From Lama guanicoe (Eukaryota): a stretch of 64,000 nucleotides of DNA. Shown piece by piece: positions 42,421 through 53,949 of this stretch. The notes beneath the pieces are model-generated. The model was not told where the DNA came from. It saw only the letters and a program-made list of their open reading frames with translations, and made no database searches. The translations under genes were made by a program, and so were the position numbers. The stretch covers positions 8,405,499-8,469,498 of the forward strand of contig MU053652.1 of the NCBI GenBank assembly GCA_013239625.1, written 5' to 3'. Positions within the stretch are counted from its first letter, which is position 1, and every line of letters starts with the position of its first letter.

Positions 42421-44067
42421 GTGACTGCAGGAGGAGCTCGGGCTTGTTGCTTCTCTACTGTTGTCAAAGACAATACATTGGAACATAAGAAACACCACAT
42501 AATTCTTCCAGATGGCTTGATTAGCGAGAGGAGTGAGGAAGGGGCTGAGGATAGTTAATCCCAGTCCAGTTAAATCGAATATTCATCAAACCAAGACTCT
42601 TGAAGCCAAGGCCAATTCATTTTGCTCCAAAGAACAAAGCAGGAGGGAGAGGCCCCAGCCCCCAGGTCCTCTTCGCTGTCACCTGTCTTACAAGAAGGTC
42701 CTCTCTCAGCCAGAGTGTCCTCCCTCAGGCTGGGGGTGGAGGCACCGGCTATCAGGCTATTCCCTCTTCTTGAAGTGGAGTTTGATCAATGGTGAGGTCC
42801 AGCTACGTGTTCATAGCAAGAGTGGATGCGTAATAACCAGAAATTGTAGTCACCTCTCAAATGTTTATTGAAACAGGGACGAGGTACAGGTCTTTGAGTA
42901 GGACTTGGGGTTTCTTATAATCCTTTTTAATCCTGCTTCAGCCTCAGGAATGGGAATCTGTTCACCATCACCCTCCATCCAAGGAATGCTCCTTCAGTAG
43001 CAGGGGTCACTTCCAATTTGCTCATAGACTCCCAAGAAAAATCCAATACTTACGGATAACTTTTCCTTAATGGGTCAACAAATTCTCATACTTAGTGAAG
43101 CAAAATTAAGTGATTCTAAAATAAAACATCCGCTGCTGTGTGAAAGGTGTCTCTAATTTTCTTGATCCCAAATACAGTATTACTAACCTACTTATCTTTA
43201 ACTTTTTCCTAGTTCCCCCTTCTCTAAGTCAAGACACTCTTCAAAGCAAGACCCTAAAAACCCTGACCTTGATTTCGATTCTTCAGAAACCCTGTGTATG
43301 CTACCATGAGAATAAAGATTTCATTTATAAATTACAAAATGACCAGCTAGTGGACCTAAGTCACACATTTTTATTCCTCATTTGTCCAGAAGGGCTCTTT
43401 CTTGTGTTTACCCAGATGCAAGGAAAGAAAGAAGCTGATTCATTGTATCCAAAATAATAGATTACATCATGAAAAACTGGAAAGGGATATTGGAACTGGC
43501 ATGCTGTATGTTTTAACATAATGTGACTATATAACATATACACGGTAGTATTTGAATTCATTTGAGACTTTCTGTGCCCACTGTGTTTCTCTGGAAGGAG
43601 ATTAAAGGAAGATCTAAGAGACTAAGTTGAAAATAGACATATATATGAAAATGAAAGAGAATACAAATAAGTGAAAACATAGGCACACAGACTGTTGGTC
43701 AAAATATGCAGTTTATTGGGTACAATCTCCTCAGACTTAGGTTTACTCGCCTCATTTTCTTTTATATAATAGAAATATTATAGGGTTTACAAGCAGAAAG
43801 AAGATTGCAAATTACAGTTGGGAAATTTGTCTTCAAAATTTTATTAGACATTCTATATATCTTTGCTTTCACTAGCCAGGTCAAGGAGGAAGGGCTAATT
43901 TGCATATCACAAGGATGCTCCTGGCTTGCCCTGGGAGGGGCAGGCTCTCCCCAGCCAGAAAGGCTTTTTAAGATGTCAAAACATCACAAGTTTATATTGT
44001 ATATCACAGGGAAATACATTCAATATCTTGTAGTAGCTTAAGGTGAAAACGAATATAAAAATGAACA

Positions 44068-44125
44068 ATTGTATACCAGAAATTGACACAACATTGTAAA
44101 CTGACTGTACCTCAATAAAAAAAAT
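44068..44125 (+). mobile_element. Very short L1 3' tail with poly(A)
   Basis: tgtataccagaaattgacacaacattgtaaactgactgtacctcaataaaaaaaa. Confidence 0.75.
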
Positions 44126-44879
44126 TTTAAAACATCATATTAAAAATTAAAAATATATACAATACACATACAAAATAAGGAATTCCTAAATCCATCAAGT
44201 TAGAATGTCCCAGGAAGGGGAGGGAGGTAGTCATGGAGGAGACTAACCCAATTTTTTTTGTCTAGGTGGGCAAATTTTTCCTCTTAAGCATGATTTATTT
44301 CTTAATAGTAAAAAGAAAATTTTAAATATCTAGAGGATCCCAGAAAAAAAGGAAAAAACATTAAAGCCTTCTATCCCTTAAGCTCATTCCACTCAAGGTT
44401 AAAACAAGATGAAGAATTACATGCCTAAAAACAAACCATAAAATGCAAGTTCATCTGTTAAAAATAAATCTCATTTCATACAACAGTTGCATGTGGTTTG
44501 TCAACAAATGACTATTCCCTAGATAACTTGCATATTAGAGTTCTTAACTTTTAATTTTTTCACTTTCAACTATGAAGGTCTAAAATGAGCAAAGATGCTA
44601 GCACAAAAAAATAAAAAATTTCAAATGATGATTACTCATGGTTACATACGATTATTCAAATCTTGGGTTTTTGCTCTTTGCTTTTTTTGTGGGGTTCTTT
44701 TGGAAGGGCAAGGGAATAATAGGGAATTAGGTCATAAATTACTCCTTGGGGAAAGACATAGTCAGCAAATGTGAGATTATCCATAATCCTAAATCTTATA
44801 TGAACCAAAGGAAGGATAGAGGAGGAGCTTAGATCCATATGTTTATAATTTTCATGAGTTTGGAATTTTTTCTGACCAT

Positions 44880-45430
44880 TATTTTTTTAATAGCCTTTAT
44901 TTTTTTTTAGAGCAGTTTTAGGTTTCACAGCAAAACTGAACAGAAAGCCCAGAGAGTTCCCATTTACCTCTTATCACCTCCCCAGGCCCACCCCACCCCC
45001 ACACACATACAGCCTTCTCCACTATCAACATCCTGCTGGAGTAATAAATACATTTGTTACAATCAAGGAGTCTGCACTGACACATCAGTACCACCACCCA
45101 AAGTCCACAGGTTACATCAAGGTTGACTTTTACTGTTGTACATTCTGTGGATTTTGACAAATATATAATGATATGTATCTACCATTACAGTATCATACAG
45201 AGTAATTGTCCTCAAACTCCTCCATTTTCCCCCGACCCTTGATAATCACCGATTTTCCATAAGTTTGCCTTTTTCACGTCATACAGTTGGAATTACAGAG
45301 AGTATGTAAGCTTTTCAAATTAATTTCTTCCACTTAGTAATATGCATTTAAGTTTCCTTGATTTCTTGTCATGGCTTGATAGCTCAAGATTTTAGCACTG
45401 AATAATATTTCATTGTATGGATGTATTACA
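44880..45430 (-). mobile_element. L1 (L1MC-like) 3'UTR, antisense
   Basis: tttagagcagttttaggtttcacagcaaaactgaacagaaag...catttgttacaatc...tttcttccacttagtaatatgcatttaag. Confidence 0.88.
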
Positions 45431-45717
45431 CTTTATTTTTCCATTTTTCTACAGAAACTACCATTATTATTTAAAAATAACTCCAAATGTTTCTCTGTTC
45501 CTTCCCCTCTCCCCCATCTCATCTCCTTCAGGAACTCCAATTACATGTCTATTTGAAGATGTTTTCCAACAATGTTCTCTCTGTGTCCCTGTTTCTGTCT
45601 CTCTCTCTCTCCCTCTGCCCTAGCTTTTTTTCTCCTCTCCACGTTTTGTTTCAGACACATTCCACTGTTATTTCTGACAAGTTCACTGATCTTTTCATCT
45701 GCAGAATCTAATCTGTA

Positions 45718-46130
45718 ATTTTTTCAGCTATATTGAGATATTATCGACATATATCTAAGTTTAAGGTATATAACATAATGTTTGCTACATGTGTATGTTG
45801 CAAAATGATTACCACAGTAAGGTCAGTTAACATCTCCATCCCCTCATGTAATTATCACTTTTTGTCATGATAACATTTAAGATCTACTCTCTTAACAACT
45901 TTCAAGTATATAATACAGTATTGTGAACTATAGTCAACATGCTGTATGTTAGATTCCCAGAACATATACATCTTGTAACTGAAAGTTTATCCCAAGATAG
46001 CCCCATTTTCCTCATCCCTCAGCCCCTGGCAAAAACCATTCTATTCTTATTTCTATGAATCTGGCTTTTTTAGAATTCACATATGTTATATGATACAGTA
46101 TTTGTCTTTGTCTGACTTATTTCACCACTA
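45718..46130 (-). mobile_element. L1 (L1MA/MB-like) 3'UTR, antisense
   Basis: aagtttaaggtatataacat...catttaagatctactctcttaacaactttcaagtatataatacagtattg; same family as 13470-13781. Confidence 0.85.
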
Positions 46131-46284
46131 GTGAAATCTTCAGCAATCATGCTACTACATTGTGCCAGCAACTCTACGTGCCCTAAATAACATTCATGTT
46201 GAGGTCCTCTTTGCCTGCTGGGATAAGAGTGAGTCAGTCCAAACCCCATCTGATCACCTGTTTCTCTGACCATTCCTAGTACCA

Positions 46285-46695
46285 TTCATGTTTGTTCAGA
46301 CTTTCAAAAAGCAGACACCAAAATAGTACTAGATATACAAGGAATTTATTGGAGAAATGCCTGTGAAACAAAGAAACAAAAAGGATGAAACTAGAGAAGA
46401 CAAAGATAGAATCCAGATTGAGACTTGACCATATGAAGGGATGGAGGGAAGAAAGAGGATTAGGTTGGAAGATTCCGGTGCAGTTCTAAGAATGTTCTGG
46501 CCTGAAGGAACAGCGTCCTGGAGCCAAAGTCACAGTTGGGAAGTCCCCCGCCTCACAGGAATGGATCTGCACTATTTGGCCTTCTCCCTCTGTGCACTAG
46601 GTGAGCACAGCCCATGGGAAGCACAATTGCAAGGAAGGGTAGACGCTGAGGCCACCAGTCATTTCGTTCCCAGCAGCACATGTTCAGAGCCATAG
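46285..46695 (-). mobile_element. Old MaLR (MLT1-like) LTR
   Basis: aaagcagacaccaaaatagtactagatatacaaggaatttattggagaaatgcctgtg; related to the first half of the duplicated unit at 36546. Confidence 0.6.
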
Positions 46696-47924
46696 CCACT
46701 GCAGCTCCTTGCTGGCTGGTCTGTGCAGATGCGCCCTCCAGAGTCCTGCAAGGCACAACCCCTAGACGTCTCTGATGCCTACACATCTACCACACATGTT
46801 CGCTCTGTCTTTAAATTCCAGCATTCCATCCCTCCTTCATTCTCGACTCATGGGCCCTTGCTTCCTGCATCACTAAAAAAATTGGCATAATAAGAAAGGA
46901 ACTTCTACATGCTATCACCACATATATGCTTCTTCTCCTCCTGCTATTAGAGGGGGGAAATCCTTGTATACAGCAAAGGTCAACTCCTCTACTTGACTAG
47001 GTCCCACTAGCTTGTCTACAAAGGACAAAGCTCCTGAAGGTAGTTCTCTCTCCTCTCTCTCTCTGCTGCTGCTGCATCACCATCTTCCTCTCCTCCACTA
47101 GATCATTCGCAGCATATAAAAATGTCCTGTGATGTGTGAAGGTTTGGGGGAAGGGGGCTGGTCCTAGCAGGATAGTGGCATGTGGTTGGCGTCTTTACTG
47201 TTGAGAAATGATTGTTTTCAAACTCCAGGGACATAGTCCCAGCACAGCCTCTCTTGCCTCTACAAAGAGGGTTTTGGTAGCCTGTGAACAACTCCAGATT
47301 CTGAGATGGGACAAAGACCAGGAGGCTTGAGAATGCCTGTCCTCTTCCTCTTCAATTCTTACTCCTGCCTTTTTCTTCATTTCCCTGCCTTTCCTTGTTG
47401 CTATTTTCATTTTCCCGGTTCAGTTTTTTTCCCAGTGCCAATCCTTCGGTGGTACAGAGGTACCCAAGTCACCATGAGGGTTGACAGCACTGTGGGCACC
47501 CAGGGCTGGCTGATGAGTTACTGACCTTGTCGCTGAGAAACCTACAGAAGGTAACCAAGCAAAGGTTTCTCACAGCTCCTCCATTGTGCATCCAGCTCTC
47601 ACTCTCCATTACCACATACTTTTATTAAAGATTTATTCCAAAACCTCTCACTAAAGTACTCAACCTCTGAAAATATTATAACCCCCCAAACTAGAACAAG
47701 GACATTTTCACAGTGGGACACCTTTTATTAAAAACAGAAGCAAAAACCTCACTTCTTTTATATTTTGAGAAAGTGTCAGCTGGGGCCCAGGTTGTGCCTT
47801 TCATTGGAGTCCAAGAAATCTGTTTACCACTGAAGCTTTCTGGGGAGTGACCGCACAGTAACCTGTATGTCCCAGGACCTGAGTCATCCCTATGCTAGAA
47901 GGAACCAGGCAGGATGTATTTAAA

Positions 47925-48080
47925 TCAATGATTCTCAAACCGTATCAAGCATCAAGATCACCTAGAAGGCTTATTAAGATTCTAGTGTTGGGTCCCAGAA
48001 TCTCTGATTCAGTAGATCTGCAGAGGGCTCAAGAACCTACACATTTAACTATTTTCTAGGAGATGCTAATGCTATTAATG
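47925..48080. mobile_element. MER5-like hAT-Charlie DNA transposon
   Basis: caatgattctcaaac...tcacctagaaggcttattaa...tctgattcagtagatctg...catttaac...gatgctaatgct. Confidence 0.8.
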
Positions 48081-49477
48081 CAAAGGAGCCATGGCTCTGG
48101 ACATTGCAAGAGAGGAGTGTCTGAGGGTGGAGTTTATCTTTCTGCCGTAACCCCTCCCAGCTTCATGGACTTAGTATAAACTAAGTCCGAGGGAGAGACA
48201 CAAAGTAAAGAAAACATCTCTGAGGCTCTGGAATGGTGCTTGGCTCTTGTTACCCTCTAGTTGAATGTCACAGGAGAGGGGAGAGCTATTCTCCTCCACG
48301 TTACAACGGATCACCAGAGGCTCTGAACCTTGAGTGCTGAAACCCTCTAAGGTATCAGAGACAGTGCCTGGAAAGAGTGGTGAGAACAGGCCGTGCCCAG
48401 TGGAGTTACGCACGTCACCTGAATCCCGGTTGTTCTGCTGTTGATGGTGGGATGGTGGAGCGTCTTTAACTCCTTTTGGTCAGCATTTTGCCTCAGGCCT
48501 TTGGATGGCATCATTTTAGGATTAAATTATAGTTCTTGTAAATTCCATAATCTGCAATTTGTGAGTTGACTGGGTACATGCTCCCAGGGTTTCAGTAATG
48601 TGTACACTCAATAAGTTGGAGACTAAACAAATTAATGCCATGATTCTTATTTAAAGAATGAGATAAAAAGCAAAGGAAAAAAATCATCTTGTTTCAGGCT
48701 GCACAGGTTGGTGGCAGAATCCAAAATAGAAGACAGAATGAGTTCAGATCCAGTGCTTGGACCACATTAGTTTCTATTAGATACTCGTTTAAAAGGCTGA
48801 CCATTTGGGAGTTGTTGCCACATGACAAAAGATCAATTTTGAGTGTTCCTGGAGGCTAGTAATACAAGGAAGAAAATGCGTTTGGCTGATTGGGAAACAC
48901 CTGATTGCAGCGTTTTTTGTTAAATCTGGGATTGCTTTAACAAGGGTCAAAGGCAAACCTCAGTGACAAGCCTGGGGGGAAAGGAGTTCTATTTTTCAGG
49001 AAGGGAATTATAAGGGGAAGGCAGGTAAACAAAACATGCTATTCATTTTAAGGTGAGGATGAAATCATTTTTCCCCCACAGTCTTCAAGGATGAATGCAA
49101 TTTTTCCCTGTGGACAAAAGAATCTTCTTGTACTATATGTAGGTGCAAAAGTAGGTTTAAGTTACCTCCAAAGCTGAATTATCTTTGGATTGATAGAACA
49201 CAGAGATGCTAAAAGAGGTCCATACAGTATATATCTTCATAGGATCTTCAGAGAAGGCTTTGTTTAGAAGCCACAGCCATACATTTTGTATAATGTTCAG
49301 GCTCTAATGCTATTAGATAATTAAAACACACATGGAATCAGTGATTGCTTTGAAAACACTGATGTACATAGCATTAAATATTTCATTTGTAGTCACAGGA
49401 ATGTTGTGGCTTTTCCAGCATGTTCAATATACCAGAATTTTGGATCATATAAGAAGAATGGTCTGCATATTCACAAA

Positions 49478-50063
49478 TTTCCACTACTGGGCATGAATCT
49501 GGGGGAAACTCTAATTCAAAAAGATACATGTACCATAATGTTCATAGCAGTATTATTTATTATAGCCAAGACATGAAAGCAACCTAAATGTCCATTGACA
49601 AATGATTGGATAAGGAAGATGTGGTATATGTGTATACACACACACACACCACACACGCACACAATGGAATACTACTCAGCTATAAAAAAGAATGAACTAA
49701 TGCCATTTGCAGCAACATGGATGAAACTGGAGATCGTCATACTAAGTGAAATAAGTAAGAAGGAGAAAGATGCTTATATGTGGAATCTTAAAAAACACGT
49801 TACAAATGAACTTATTAACAAAACGGAAGGAGACTCACAGACATAGAAAACAAACTTATGGTTACCAGAGAGGGGAAGAGGAGGGTAGAAGGATAAATTG
49901 GGAGTTTGGGATTTGCAGATAATAATTACTATATATAAAATAGGTAACAACAAGGTCTTACTATATAGCATAGGGGACTATATTAAATATAATATATATG
50001 TATAACTGAATCACTATGTTGTACAACAGAAATTAACACAGCATTGTTAACCAACTATATTTC
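49478..50063 (+). mobile_element. Artiodactyl/camelid-type L1 3' end lacking poly(A)
   Basis: Encodes WIRKMWY and MEYYSAIKKNELMPFAATWMKLEIVILSE (L1 ORF2 C-terminus), followed by 3'UTR. Confidence 0.92.
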
Positions 50064-50335
50064 CTGCTTCTAGAATCTGCCTGGATTCCTTGGTTCATGA
50101 CTCTTCCATAATATCCTCTCCTTCTCTGAATCTCACCCTCCTGCCTCCTCTCTTGAAGACCTTTATAATTACATTGGGTCCACCCAGGTTTCCAGGATAA
50201 TCTCCCCATCTCAAGATCTTTAACTTAATCACATCTGCAAAGCCCCTTTTGTTCCATAAGGCAACAGCTGTACAGGTGTTGGGGATTAGAATGAGAATAT
50301 TCCGGGAGGGGTGAATATTCACATTATTTTACCTA
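50060..50335 (-). mobile_element. Partial MLT1 (MaLR) LTR
   Basis: ttacattgggtccacccagg...ggataatctccccatctcaagatctttaacttaatcacatctgcaaag is the reverse complement of the 5' half of the LTR type seen at 35080. Confidence 0.85.
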
Positions 50336-50569
50336 CGATGTAAATAAATGACCACATTATATTAACAACTGTTGAAGTCACATTGTTGAGTACACATTGC
50401 TTAACTTAGGATCCATGTGCCAACCCATCGGTCCAAACACTGATTGATAATACACACTCACAGCAGAGCGCATCATGGGACCCACTCTCCACAATATCAC
50501 ATCGGATGTATTAGAACTCATAATCACCATTTGTCCATTTGTCTCATTCAGTTTTCTTAAAGGGAGTTC

Positions 50570-50716
50570 CTTTTTGTTTGATTTTGTTTTTTGGCGGGGG
50601 GGAAGTAATTAGGTTTATTTGTTTATTTATGTATTTTTAATGGAGGTACTGGGGATTGAACCTAGTACCTCATGCATGCTAAGCATGTACTGTAACCACT
50701 GAGCTATATCCTCCCC
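50570..50716 (-). mobile_element. tRNA-derived SINE, camelid Vic-1-like
   Basis: gtaattaggtttattt...aatggaggtactggggattgaacc...catgctaagcatg...ctgagctatatcctccc is the reverse complement of the element at 13933. Confidence 0.88.
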
Positions 50717-52669
50717 ACCCTCGCCTTACTCAATTTTGATGCAGCTGTTCCAGTTACACACCCAAGTCACAAGTTTTTCCCTAAAAAATAGCTGCCTATT
50801 TGGACACATTTATATTTTAGCATCTTGGCCAATTTCAGTTTTTGAATGACAGGAATACAATCACATGTGTGCATTTCTCTCTTAACCTAGGACGCTGGTT
50901 TTATGATTTTCAAGGCGCTTACACTTGTAATATAATAGGACACATGGTTCTCTAGTCTGCTCTCCTTGTACTCATCATTCATTCAACAGGCATTTTCTAA
51001 GTGCTTACTGTGTGCTGTAGTGTTCTAGGCACTGAATGAAGGGACCCCAAAAATCGCTCTGCACGATTCACATGTACATACAATAAAACCAGCCTTTAAA
51101 CTCCTGACCCCAGGGAACATCAATCACCAGTCTAGGAACTCATTTTAAATGTCTCACATTTGAACTTTCCCAAATAGTATCCATTGGTCACTATCACATA
51201 GACGGCGCGCCTGCCGGGTACAGTAGGGCCAGGCCTTGAGGGTTCCCAGAATGAGGCAGTGTATCCAGGAGAGAGCACGCCTAGCGCATCCAGGACAGGA
51301 TGGATGTTAATGCTATGACAGCGTGTTTCACTTACCATTATTTCTTATCTCATCTTTCTCCCTTCTTATATCTGGATGCATCTCAACCAATTCACCTTAT
51401 AATTGCAAACTATTATTTTATAGTCTTACTTTTTAAATTTCCTGTATCTTGCAACTTCCTGGAATTTTTGGCCAAGAACTCAGAGCAAACGCTTTCTAAT
51501 ATTCTGTTTCCTAGTGTAATTTTTTAAATTATGGTTTACCTATGCATCATGAGTTCCAGAAGTTTCTTGTTTTACATTCAAGAATTCTAAGCTTCACGTT
51601 GGATTCCTTGTGTTTTTTCTTCCTTGAATGATTAAAAGTCCGGACAGACTTGGTGCTTATCACACATAGGATCAATGACTTTCATTTTGTCTCCCTCACC
51701 AACTAGTAATTAAAATAATTATCTTCTCAATTTTGAAGCCACTAATTAAATATGTGATGTCTATATGGTGTAGTTTTCCAGAACTCATTTCCTGAATTCA
51801 TCCTCTAGTCTGTCTGTAGAGCTATGGATTCCTATATATTTAGACCTTTAGAAGTAATGTATAGTTTTTTCCCTTGTCCAAAACAGCTTCCAAAGACTAT
51901 AATTACCATTTTCATGTTCCAAGATGCCACACACCACCATGCATTCACTTCACACCAGTAACTTTGGATCCTTGGAATGATGGTCCCAGAACCGAGACAG
52001 AAAAAGGGCTTGCTTCATGAGAGTCCCATTGTAGGTGCTGGGGCAACTGCAAATCAAATTTGCTTCTATTGAGATTACAAAGGACAGAAGGGTAAGGGGT
52101 TAAGTTTCTAAGTCTTCTCAAACAGCCCAGAGCGTGAATACAGGGCTGCAGCCCCAGGGATACTGGCTGCTCAGCTTGGGCTCAGAGCCTGCAGGGATGA
52201 AGCTCTGAGCAGCGGGAGCACATGATAGGGGACGGTGCGCCCAGCCATGCTGCACGGCTGGAAAGGGAAGCCGTTGCCAGGGGCCGTACCCTCAGCAGGT
52301 GCCTGACAGATCAGCCCTTCCTGGGGTCAGACTTGCTTGCCAGCCCACAGGAGACACTTCCAGAAATACCTAATGGGGACTTTACAGAAGGCTACAGTTT
52401 TACAGAACCAGATTGCACCAGGGTCAGGGGCATTTGAAGTTACCACCATCAGTGATTCCATCACCAACAGGCTGGTTTTCAGAGAAGGGGAAGTTCAACG
52501 ATAATAAATACATAAACAAACATAGACAGCAAGTCTACTAGGCTGCTCTATTCATTAGGCTTAATGTTTAAAAATTGTCTCACTAGTGGTAAGAGGGCCC
52601 TCTTTCAATTCATCTTGAGCAAGGGGTGCAGTGACAGAGCCTCACCCTGTAAGGGAAACAAAAAGCAGT

Positions 52670-53125
52670 AATAAAAAATTGAAACAGTGCCACTTGCTGC
52701 AACGTGAATGAACCTAGACATTACTGTAGTAAATAAGTCAGACAGAGAAAGACAAATATCATATGATATCACTTATATGTGGAATCTGAAAACAGAGGAT
52801 GCAATGAACTTATTTACAGAACAGAAACAGACTCACAGACATAGAAAGCAAACTTATGGTTACCAAAGAGGAAAGAGGGGGAGGGATAAATTAGGAGTCT
52901 GGGATTAACAGATACACATTATTATATATAAAACAGATCAACAGCAAGGTCCTACTGTACAGCACAGAGAACTATATTCACTCTCTTGTAATAACCTACA
53001 GTGAAAAAGAACCTGAAAAAGAATAGATATATTTGTATAACTGAGTCACTGTGCTGTACAACTGAAATTAACACAACACTGTAGATCAACTATACTTCAG
53101 GGTTTTTTTTAATCTAAAAAAAAAA
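52670..53125 (+). mobile_element. Artiodactyl/camelid-type L1 3' end with poly(A)
   Basis: gagaaagacaaatatcatatgatatcacttatatgtggaatct...gaaattaacacaacactgtagatcaactatacttc, then an A tail; degenerate TSD aaaagcagtaataa (52661-52674) / aaaaccagtgatga (53122-53135). Confidence 0.92.
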
Positions 53126-53949
53126 CCAGTGATGATAATAGAACAAGAACAATTCCCAAAGATACAAAAATAAAGCATGTGCTCAAGGTGCTGGAGTCAG
53201 AAGGACGCCAGCCAAGGAGGCCACACCTTAATTGTAGGGAGCTTGGTGGATGATGTGCAGTGATTTCTCTGAGTTGAGGAATTCAATGGGCAGCAAAGAA
53301 AGTGGCCCATATTGAGTGAGGATACTTGAAGTTCTCAGGTTCCAGAAATTTTGTGGGTGGAATCTCAGAGCAAAGGCTTTCTTTATTATTTTTGATTTAC
53401 ACTCACACTTTGGTTGTAGCATTCACCCTCAGCTGCTGTGGAAGCCGACGAGACCGGGTTTCTGAAGTTGACTCTGTTCCAGAACTCAGCGAGCAGACTA
53501 GAAGCTGTTACCCAGGACATGAATGGACAGTAAAGGATTTCTCTTTCCTGTGGTTCAACTTTCAGGTTAAAGGAGAGAAGCTGTCATATAAAGTAGATGG
53601 AGGAATAAACTAAAGATACCTCAGGCAGATAAAGAGGAAATAAACAACATGGTTATGGTTATGAAATAGGGATGCCTTTTATAGGAATAATCAAATCATT
53701 GCAGAAGCAAGACCACATTCAAACAACATTTCCCTGCATCCAAGCCTAATTGCAAACCAGCATGCAAAGCATAAGCAAATGCTGTAGATAGGAAGATGGC
53801 AAAGTCAAACATCCGCCAGAGACATTTTGCATCCAGAGGGGAATATCTTCTTGCATGAAATTCTAGTAGGGCGGGGAACCTGGTCCTTACCTGGAAATCG
53901 TTGCAGGGATTCTGAGTCTGTGCCTGGGAAGCCTCTTTGGATTAGAAGG

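Noticed and set aside
1..53000. Additional TAS2R genes or pseudogenes, or exons of the expected neighbours SLC13A1/CADPS2
   Set aside because: No such motifs recognised in the ORF track or by eye; a TBLASTN search would be needed to exclude highly decayed copies or short exons.
53827..53949. 41-aa N-terminal extension of TAS2R16 in the ORF track
   Set aside because: It starts at TTG, has no in-frame ATG, and TAS2R16 homology begins at MIPIQL (53950).
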